Positions 28,717 through 35,486 of a DNA stretch of 45,600 bases are shown here, piece by piece. Each line of letters begins with the position of its first letter. Position 1 is the stretch's first letter. Both the position numbers and the translations under genes were made by a program. Under the pieces are notes generated by a model. The model was not told where the DNA came from and did not search any database. It saw nothing but the letters and a program-made list of their open reading frames with translations. This stretch comes from Candidatus Saccharimonadales bacterium. Lineage in GTDB: Bacteria > Patescibacteriota > Saccharimonadia > Saccharimonadales > UBA10212. Location of the stretch: the NCBI GenBank assembly GCA_036507655.1, contig DATCIS010000011.1, forward strand, positions 1 through 45,600, in the 5' to 3' direction.

Positions 28717-28796
28717 ATTCAACCCAAACGATACTTCAACCGGGAGCTTTCTAACATTTGGGGTCATTAAGGCCTCTTTTTGTTATAGTTAGATTA

Positions 28797-29066
28797 ATGA
28801 GTTTTGAGCAATTTGATGATAAAGAAAAAGAACACGAAGGCGAAAAATACTTACGCTTACTTGGACTCGGACATTTGGCTGACCGTAAGATAGCAACAGC
28901 TAGCGGTACAATACAGGCCAGAGACTTTTTAGATATTTGTGGTGAGCATGCCCGGCCGATACTTGTTGGTTTTGAGACAATGAGCCCCAATGACCCAAGA
29001 TACGGAGACACAAAAAACGCTTTGCGTAGCTTTGTTGGACAATACATAGAGGGGAGACAATCCTAG
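28797..29066 (+). CDS. Hypothetical protein (89 aa), no family recognised
   Basis: The track ORF starts at TTG 28758. The first ATG is at 28797 (MSFEQFDDKEKEHEGEKYLRLLGLGHL). No clear Shine-Dalgarno. Confidence 0.5.
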   Translation: MSFEQFDDKEKEHEGEKYLRLLGLGHLADRKIATASGTIQARDFLDICGEHARPILVGFETMSPNDPRYGDTKNALRSFVGQYIEGRQS

Positions 29067-29092
29067 CCAATAAAAACAGTTAGGTGGGCAAG

Positions 29093-30748
29093 ATGAGTGA
29101 TAATGAAACCTTGATAGCACCTGCCCAAACTGATGCTATTGGTATGCCACCAGCAGAAGCAAGCTATACCTATCAGCGGGCCGATGGAACAGTTGAGCGA
29201 GCATTTAGTGCAGAAGACGCAATTGCCCGCTGCCCTGTGCTTGGTAGACTAGCAATAGAAGCACCTGAGCAGGTTAATACTCTCTTGGAATTAGCGGCAC
29301 TAGGTAAAGAGAAAATAGAGAAAGAAAATAAAGAAGAGCCAGATAAGCCTAAGCTTGAAGAAAAGATAGAAGTTGAGCAAGAGCCTAAAACGAACGAGCC
29401 TAAAAAACAAATTACGGATACCAATACGGAGCGTACTGTCAAACCAGAGCCAGTCTTAGAAATCCAAGAGCACTCTTACGTTGAGCAAGGACTAGCCACA
29501 AAACCTGTCAATACAGCCACAAATCATCAGGCAGAGCCAATAATGAAGCAGGCTCAATCTGAAGTAACTCAAAGAGATGTAAAGGAAACGATTGAGCAAA
29601 CGTCTAATGTGACCCCTTTGGCCACACAGGGTGAAAAAACTGAAATAAGCCCGTCGACGACACAGCCACAAGTAATTGTTAAAAACACAGATAGAAGGAC
29701 AATAGTTGACCGCCCAGAACAAACTGATGCTTTTAGCCATCAGCAGCAATACGAGACCGATGCAGTAAAACCTGTGGTAGCCGAACTAGAGATTGTCAAA
29801 AGCTCAACTATCAGAGAACCTGAACCAGAGATAGTGCTCGCATCTGATAGCAACGATACCCTGAATGAAAGCTATGACGAGTCCGCTGACCTAGAGGGTG
29901 CAATTGTGGCTATGCCTGAAACCGAGCCAACTATCGCTGAGGCTGACTTCATAGACGAAGATTACCCTAGAAGCGAGCTTGACCTAGCGCCTCACGAATT
30001 AATAATTGAAAATGAACCAGAGATGGCAGATATGCAACAAAAGACCGAAGCTTATATAGATGAACAGCTTAGAGCATTATTTGAGCCTGAGACGGTTGAG
30101 ACATACAAGGAATTGCTTGCTTTGACAGCTGCTAACCAAGAAGGAGAGCCGTCTGTTTTTGAAGAAGCCACCATTGTTGGGCCTGTGCTAGAAGCTGATG
30201 CAGAGACAGCAACTCCATCAGACTTTGAAGCCTTTGTCGCCACACAACCAATTAGTGAAGAACCTGTAACTTTAGAGGCTATTCAGGAAGAAGCTAACGA
30301 GCAGCCGCTGGAGCAAACTTTAGTGCAGTTGGTTGAATTATTATCAGGAGCTCCTGAAAAAGCAGATGCTGAGACTGAAGAGAACAAGCTGTATGCAATT
30401 TTGCAGGGAATAGAAGATGCAATGCCCGCTTGTTATATAGGGCAAGAAGCCGCAGAAACAAAACCACGCATTACAGCTGAAATGACCGAGAAATTACTTA
30501 GGCTGTTGCGTGCATTGGGTTATGAAAACCCGAAAGAAGTTTTGGTTTCATTTGTAGCCAGATTTGACTTAGCATTTTTGCTGCAAACATTAAAGTATTT
30601 GTGCCAGCTAAATAATGAGCATAACAGGCAGGAGTTTTTAGCGGTTTTCTCTACCTTTCCAGCAAATGATGATGACGATACACGGCTACGAATAGGAAAA
30701 ATGCTTTTTGGCCTTATTGCTAAGCTCTCTCCTGAACCGAGTGTTTAA
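29093..30748 (+). CDS. Hypothetical large acidic protein (~551 aa) with a long low-complexity E/P/T/Q-rich centre
   Basis: The track ORF starts at GTG 29084. The ATG at 29093 has AGGTGG 6 nt upstream. The N-terminal ~75 aa and C-terminal ~130 aa look ordered. No family recognised. Confidence 0.65.
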   Translation: MSDNETLIAPAQTDAIGMPPAEASYTYQRADGTVERAFSAEDAIARCPVLGRLAIEAPEQVNTLLELAALGKEKIEKENKEEPDKPKLEEKIEVEQEPKTNEPKKQITDTNTERTVKPEPVLEIQEHSYVEQGLATKPVNTATNHQAEPIMKQAQSEVTQRDVKETIEQTSNVTPLATQGEKTEISPSTTQPQVIVKNTDRRTIVDRPEQTDAFSHQQQYETDAVKPVVAELEIVKSSTIREPEPEIVLASDSNDTLNESYDESADLEGAIVAMPETEPTIAEADFIDEDYPRSELDLAPHELIIENEPEMADMQQKTEAYIDEQLRALFEPETVETYKELLALTAANQEGEPSVFEEATIVGPVLEADAETATPSDFEAFVATQPISEEPVTLEAIQEEANEQPLEQTLVQLVELLSGAPEKADAETEENKLYAILQGIEDAMPACYIGQEAAETKPRITAEMTEKLLRLLRALGYENPKEVLVSFVARFDLAFLLQTLKYLCQLNNEHNRQEFLAVFSTFPANDDDDTRLRIGKMLFGLIAKLSPEPSV

Positions 30749-30852
30749 AACCAGTGGTTGAAAAATTCAATCAGGCATCAAGCAGGTTGCCCGATAAGTT
30801 AAACACCTCAGCAAGGTGTTTTAGTTTATAATCATTATTAGCGGTGAGGGAT

Positions 30853-30884
30853 GACGTTTGAAATGCGTAAACTATCCTGCACCA
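30853..30884 (+). repeat. GCACCA-terminated structured motif, copy R3
   Basis: GACGTTTGAAATGCGTAAACTATCCTGCACCA. Matches R2 at 29 of 32 positions. Similarity to R2 extends about 70 nt further upstream and includes TTTAGTTTATAATC. Confidence 0.7.
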
Positions 30885-30885
30885 A

Positions 30886-30915
30886 AAAAATTCCCAACCA
30901 AGGTCGGGAATTTTT
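30886..30915. terminator. Bidirectional intrinsic terminator
   Basis: AAAAATTCCC aaccaaggtc GGGAATTTTT. It sits between the convergent 29093-30748 (plus) and 30940-31083 (minus) genes. Confidence 0.7.
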
Positions 30916-30939
30916 AAGTTTAAATTAAGAGCTTTGTTT

Positions 30940-31083
30940 TTAGCGGCGACGTAGACCGGGCAAGTCAGAAACTTTGGCTTCCCCAGTAATCAGGGCAACA
31001 GCCACGCCCGTTATAACTAGTGCGGCTGCGACCATCATCAAAAATAGGCCGAGAGCTACGGGTGAACCCCAAGTCCATTCCAT
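30940..31083 (-). CDS. Small hydrophobic protein (47 aa, single TM)
   Basis: Below the ORF-track cutoff, so I translated it myself: MEWTWGSPVALGLFLMMVAAALVITGVAVALITGEAKVSDLPGLRRR. Strong AAAGGAGGA Shine-Dalgarno 4-5 nt upstream. A terminator follows downstream. Confidence 0.55.
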   Translation of the reverse strand: MEWTWGSPVALGLFLMMVAAALVITGVAVALITGEAKVSDLPGLRRR

Positions 31084-31193
31084 GGATCCTCCTTTAGCCC
31101 ACCCGTTATTAACTTACAGCTCAACAATAGCGAGTTTTTGCGACTCGCGCAACTAATAGATGTGGATATCTAGTATAATTATTAAGGAGTTAT

Positions 31194-31268
31194 GGCACCG
31201 TGGCCGAGGAATTAGGCAAAGGTCTGCAAAACCTTTTTACGCGGGTGTAAATCCCGTCGGTGCCTCCA
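31194..31268 (+). tRNA. tRNA-Cys (anticodon GCA), CCA encoded, non-canonical T-loop
   Basis: GGCACCG..AAGGT CTGCAAA ACCTT..GCGGG TGTAAAT CCCGT CGGTGCC T CCA. It has discriminator U73. TATAAT lies at 31174-31179. Confidence 0.8.
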
Positions 31269-31289
31269 AATTTAAGAATTTGACAAACT

Positions 31290-31375
31290 GGGCGAGTGCT
31301 GGAATGGTTTACAGAGCGGACTTAAAATCCGTGCCCTGAAAAGGGTTGTGGGTTCGAATCCCACCTCGCCCACCA
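31290..31375 (+). tRNA. tRNA-Leu (anticodon TAA), CCA encoded
   Basis: GGGCGAG..GCGGA CTTAAAA TCCGT, variable arm GCCCTGAAAAGGGTT, GTGGGTTCGAATCCCAC CTCGCCC A CCA. Confidence 0.9.
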
Positions 31376-31381
31376 GAAATT

Positions 31382-33181
31382 TTATTCTATGGTCTGGCGT
31401 TTCTGGCGAATCATCCAGCTGTCAACATTGTAAAACCTATCAGCCGCCGAATTTAGCGCTTTGCGCTCATAACCAAAGACCGGGCCGCGGGTTATATACA
31501 GAAGGTTAGGTTGATACAGCGCTAGAGCCGGCGCGTCTTTTCTCCAAACCTTCAAGAATTCCTGGTACTTTATCGCCCGAACTTTGGGGTCAGCCCGAGT
31601 CCTGCCGGCTTGGAGTGCCTGGTCAGCGGTTGAAGACTTATATTCGCTTAAGTTAAGGTGTCCTTGTGAAGTAATGCTGGCTTGGCTGCTGTCCCAGTAA
31701 GCAAACATGTCGGGGTCCACCCCCAAACTAATCCCGTAGAGCAAAATGTCGTAATCGTGGTTACCAATAATGCCTCCTTGAAGCTCATTGCTGTCGTAAT
31801 AATTGACCGTGATTTTGACTCCAATTTTGGCCCACTCTTCCTGGAGAAATTTGGCCGTCATTGAGTAGTTCTGGGTATTCTGAGAACTTAAATTAAATGC
31901 CAATGGCAGCCCGCCTTTGGATCGTTGGCCAGTAGCATCCCGCAGCCAGCCTTCGGCATCAAGTAACCTATTGGCTTCTTCGGGATTATATGGCAGCTGG
32001 GCCAGGCCGGAGTTATAGCCAACCTGCCCTCTCAGAAAAGGCTGGTCAACTTTTTTGGTGGCATAAGGGGTCAAGCTGACCACTTCATGTGTATTTGCGC
32101 CGCTAACCAGAGCTTGTCTTAGGTTGATGCTACTAAGTATCGGCCGTGAGTTATTGAAAAAAGCCATCACAGCACTAGTCAGGGGCGTCACGTAAGTTTG
32201 GATGGAGCCGCCGGTTTTCAGCTCGTCAGGTAGACTTTCCAGGCCGCTGATGGCGTTAATCTGATTTTGTTTGAAGGCCTCAATCAACCGGGTTTCATCG
32301 CTAAAGGTTAACAAGTTAAAGCCATCCAGCTTAGGACGTCCGCGCCAATAGTCGCTAAATGCCGATAGGGTAATTCGTTGCCGGCGATCGCTGGCAGCAC
32401 TGGAGACTGAGCCGCTGGCTTCTACAAATCGCCACACAAAAGGCCCTGTACCAACTGGCTTGGCGTTGAATGGAGTGCTCCTAAGTTGCTCGGCCGGGAC
32501 GTCCGCTAGCAGATGCTTAGGCACGATGCCATTGGTCATCGCATGGGGAAAAGAGCTGAGGGAATTGGGTAAATCAAAGTTGACCGTATATGCGTCTTGT
32601 TTACTGACCTTAATGTCCAGCCAGCTGCTAAACAAAGCTGATTGGGCGCCAAGGGTCTGAATTGTCTGGTAGGTAAAGACCACATCATCGGCCGTAAATG
32701 GCTTACCGTCATGCCATTTGACGGCTTTTCTAAGGTGTACCGTGTAGCGCTTCTGGGCGCTGTCCAGGCTGTAGCTCTCGGCCATATCGCCGGTCAGGTT
32801 GTTATCTGAGTCATACCTAAATAAACCTGCAAAAACCAAATGACTAACGGCAGCATCGGCCGCGCCGGATGCATATAAAGGATTGGCGTTGGTGAAAGTG
32901 CCAACAATTCCTTCGGAGTAGAGGCCGCCAGGAACAGGCTGTAAACTTTGATAATTCCGCGATAAATCGCGGAATTGGGCAAAAGTCGCGAAAAACAAAA
33001 CTACGAATAAACCAATCCATAACATAACAAACCGCCTAACTGATACAAGACGGTCAAACCGGCGCAATAACAGCTTGTCTATTTTTTGGTCGGCTTGCAG
33101 GCCTAGCTCTAAGGCTCCGCGACGCCGTTTACTGACACGGCGCAAAAACCGTTTTTTTGTCTCATCATCAACTACCGCCAA
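31382..33181 (-). CDS. ABC-transporter substrate-binding protein, family 5 (peptide/nickel type), membrane-anchored
   Basis: ORF track. N-terminal TM helix followed by a family-5 SBP-like sequence (YTVHLRKAVKWHDGKPFTADDVVFTY). No permease or ATPase gene is adjacent. Confidence 0.8.
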   Translation of the reverse strand: MAVVDDETKKRFLRRVSKRRRGALELGLQADQKIDKLLLRRFDRLVSVRRFVMLWIGLFVVLFFATFAQFRDLSRNYQSLQPVPGGLYSEGIVGTFTNANPLYASGAADAAVSHLVFAGLFRYDSDNNLTGDMAESYSLDSAQKRYTVHLRKAVKWHDGKPFTADDVVFTYQTIQTLGAQSALFSSWLDIKVSKQDAYTVNFDLPNSLSSFPHAMTNGIVPKHLLADVPAEQLRSTPFNAKPVGTGPFVWRFVEASGSVSSAASDRRQRITLSAFSDYWRGRPKLDGFNLLTFSDETRLIEAFKQNQINAISGLESLPDELKTGGSIQTYVTPLTSAVMAFFNNSRPILSSINLRQALVSGANTHEVVSLTPYATKKVDQPFLRGQVGYNSGLAQLPYNPEEANRLLDAEGWLRDATGQRSKGGLPLAFNLSSQNTQNYSMTAKFLQEEWAKIGVKITVNYYDSNELQGGIIGNHDYDILLYGISLGVDPDMFAYWDSSQASITSQGHLNLSEYKSSTADQALQAGRTRADPKVRAIKYQEFLKVWRKDAPALALYQPNLLYITRGPVFGYERKALNSAADRFYNVDSWMIRQKRQTIE

Positions 33182-33209
33182 ATCTTCCTCCGATAATCAT
33201 CTGGCAGAT

Positions 33210-33425
33210 TTACTGCGCCACAATAGTCATGATGATGCTGGCGGCAAAGATAAAAACCAGAATAATAGTTAGCTGGTGCAGCGTCTTATCCGAGCCGCGG
33301 CGGACAGTATTGACCTCGCCGCCGCCGCCTAATCCGGCGCCAAGACTGGCGCCGCGGGTCTGAATAAGTATCAGAATAATAAGCAGTATTACAGATATGA
33401 TAGTTACGTAATTCCAAATATTCAT
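33210..33425 (-). CDS. secG: Preprotein translocase subunit SecG
   Basis: ORF track. Two TM helices with the central LIQTRGASLGAGLGGGG segment. Confidence 0.85.
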   Translation of the reverse strand: MNIWNYVTIISVILLIILILIQTRGASLGAGLGGGGEVNTVRRGSDKTLHQLTIILVFIFAASIIMTIVAQ

Positions 33426-33787
33426 TTGTTCTCCAGTACTTGGCTAACTAAAAAGTTTACAAGCCCCACAATTATACCGGCTATAATCGCCACGCCGAAG
33501 TTTTTAACGTAAAGTGGCGAGTATATCCAGTGGGCAATCAGAATAAGCAGGCCGTTAATGACTACCATGAACAGCCCAAGGCTCAAAATCACGGCCGGGA
33601 AGGACAAGATAACCAGGATAGGTTTGAGCAGCATGTTAACTAGCGCCAGAAAAAAACCGGCACCGGCTGCAGTACCTAGGCCGTCGCCTACGCTAAGTCG
33701 ATCTGGCCCAAGTAGCGATGCGGCAATCCAGAGGCCCAGTGATGACACGAACCACCGGATAACGAACCGGGCTAAAAGATACTGCAT
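33422..33787 (-). CDS. DUF360 / holin superfamily-IV-like 4-TM membrane protein
   Basis: ORF track. Contains LLKPILVILSFPAVILSLGLFMVVINGLLILIA, typical of the YvlD/DUF360 family. Confidence 0.7.
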   Translation of the reverse strand: MQYLLARFVIRWFVSSLGLWIAASLLGPDRLSVGDGLGTAAGAGFFLALVNMLLKPILVILSFPAVILSLGLFMVVINGLLILIAHWIYSPLYVKNFGVAIIAGIIVGLVNFLVSQVLENK

Positions 33788-33834
33788 GATGGTTTTATTG
33801 TACCAAGCTTATTAATGCTTAAGCGACTTCAAGT

Positions 33835-35274
33835 TTACCTTAGCGCTTTTAGATGATGGGCAACTCTGGCGCCGGTTTTTGTGCCTAGCAATTTTTGCAA
33901 CTCGGAAGAGGGGGCATTAAGCACTTTGCCTGTCGAGCCAAAATGGCTGATTAGTTTCTTACGGGTTATTGGCCCGACGCCTGGTAGTTCATCCAGTAGG
34001 CTAGCAGTTTGCCGGCTTTGGCGGAGTGTACTGTGGTAGCTAACCGCAAAACGGTGTGACTCATCGCGGATCCGCTGCAGCAATCTCAATAAGTGCGAGC
34101 CTTCCGGTAAACGGTGGATTGCGAACCCGTCACCTGGCTGTTTGACAATTAAATCCTCGAATCTCTTGGCCATTCCCAGCGCCGGTATATTACTATGGCC
34201 AGTTTGGTCGCGGGCTGCTAAGGCAGCTGATAGCTGTCCTTTGCCTCCATCAATCAATATTAAGCCTGGCAGGCCCCATTTTTTGACATTGGTCTCGCTA
34301 AAACGGCGGCTAACGGCCTCAAAAATATGGGCAAAATCGTCATTGCCGGGCGTACGAATCTTAAACTTACGGTAAGCGGCCTTTTCCGGCAGACCGTCAG
34401 TGAATACAACCATACTGGCGGTTGTATCCGTCCCGGAGATATGGCTAATATCGAACCCCTCAATGCGCCGTGGTGGTTTTTTTACCGCAAGTAATTCCGC
34501 CAGTTCCACCAAGGCCTGGTCACGACTAACATCTTGGATTTCGCGGTCGCCGAACAAAACCTGGCGTGAAAGAGCTTGCAGCGAAAAAAGCTGGTTACGG
34601 AACCGTGCAGCTTGCTCGAAGTTTTTGGCTTTGGCAGCTTTTTTCATGTCCCGCTCTATCTGTTTCATAAGAACCCGGCGCTCGCCGCGCAAGTATTGCA
34701 TGAGCTTGCGCAGATTAGTTCTATATTCTTCCAGGCTGGTCCGCCCATCCTCCAGGCCTGGGTCCAGGCCCAGATGGTAGTACAGGCTGGCTCGTTTTTG
34801 ATTAAGCGGTTGGCTGACGGCATACGGAAATGCCCGGCGCAGATACCGCAGAGCCTTTTTAACGCCGTAGCCATTGATGTATGGTCCGAAGTACTCAGAA
34901 CCGTCATCTAACGGGCGCCGCACCAGGCTCACGGTAGGATAGCTGCTTTTGTAATCAATCCGGACATACTGCAGGCTTTTATCGTCACGCAGCATGATGT
35001 TATAGCGCGGCAGATAGCGGCGTACCAGTTCGGCTTCCAAGAATAAGGCGTCCACTTCTGTCTCTACTGCCGTCCAGTCGATATCGGCGATTTCGCCAAT
35101 CATTAAATCCGTCTTAGGGTCGTGGTGGCGGCTATTTTGGAAATATTGCCGCACGCGGCTGCGCAGATTGGCGGCTTTGCCAATATATATAATGCCACCG
35201 GTTTTATCTTTATGAAAATATACCCCCGGCGCTGTTGGCAACCCTTTTAATTTCTTTTCTAACCTTTTATTCAC
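33835..35274 (-). CDS. uvrC: Excinuclease ABC subunit C (compact, 479 aa)
   Basis: ORF track. Contains GIY-YIG (GVYFHKDKTGGIIYIGKAANLRSR), a UVR domain (NFEQAARFRNQLFSL), the RNase H-like endonuclease region (IEGFDISHISG) and a C-terminal HhH (LPGVGPITRKKL). Confidence 0.92.
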   Translation of the reverse strand: MNKRLEKKLKGLPTAPGVYFHKDKTGGIIYIGKAANLRSRVRQYFQNSRHHDPKTDLMIGEIADIDWTAVETEVDALFLEAELVRRYLPRYNIMLRDDKSLQYVRIDYKSSYPTVSLVRRPLDDGSEYFGPYINGYGVKKALRYLRRAFPYAVSQPLNQKRASLYYHLGLDPGLEDGRTSLEEYRTNLRKLMQYLRGERRVLMKQIERDMKKAAKAKNFEQAARFRNQLFSLQALSRQVLFGDREIQDVSRDQALVELAELLAVKKPPRRIEGFDISHISGTDTTASMVVFTDGLPEKAAYRKFKIRTPGNDDFAHIFEAVSRRFSETNVKKWGLPGLILIDGGKGQLSAALAARDQTGHSNIPALGMAKRFEDLIVKQPGDGFAIHRLPEGSHLLRLLQRIRDESHRFAVSYHSTLRQSRQTASLLDELPGVGPITRKKLISHFGSTGKVLNAPSSELQKLLGTKTGARVAHHLKALR

Positions 35275-35310
35275 ACTAATATTCTACCCTCTGCCCTGTT
35301 TATTAAGCGA

Positions 35311-35484
35311 GCACCCATCTTTTGACGAACGTGCGTAGGGAGCTGAGCAGACAAGTCAAAAGCACAGCATTAGGCCGAGGACTGTTTGAGCCCGCCTAGT
35401 TGGCGGACGAGCTCCGCAGGCTGTTGTGCACTTTGACAGTTGGATGCGTCATGTGAGCGGAGCGTTCGGAAAAAGATGGGTGTG
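35311..35484. ncRNA. Candidate rod-like structured RNA (~175 nt); strand and identity unresolved (6S-like architecture or uvrC leader)
   Basis: A 20-position closing helix pairs 35312-35331 with 35463-35482 (18 Watson-Crick pairs plus a tandem G-A/A-G). It also has an inner ~15-bp helix (35355-35369 with 35422-35437), a loosely paired central region and an apical hairpin CCGCC tagtt GGCGG. Confidence 0.5.
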
Positions 35485-35486
35485 AG

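Noticed and set aside
28751-29047. 98-aa minus-strand ORF opposite the 89-aa island gene.
   Set aside because: It has no RBS and a Ser/Cys/Leu-rich composition. The plus-strand frame is co-oriented with the downstream 551-aa gene and lies 26 nt upstream of it. Which strand codes is still not certain.
27993-30884. Interpreting the GCACCA-terminated repeats as bona fide tRNA genes, split-tRNA halves or classical integron attC sites.
   Set aside because: They have no D-arm or T-arm (no GTTCRA box) and only about 45 nt of structure. The boundaries do not match the attC RYYYAAC/GTTRRRY cores, and no intI-like gene is in the window. They are kept only as an analogy.
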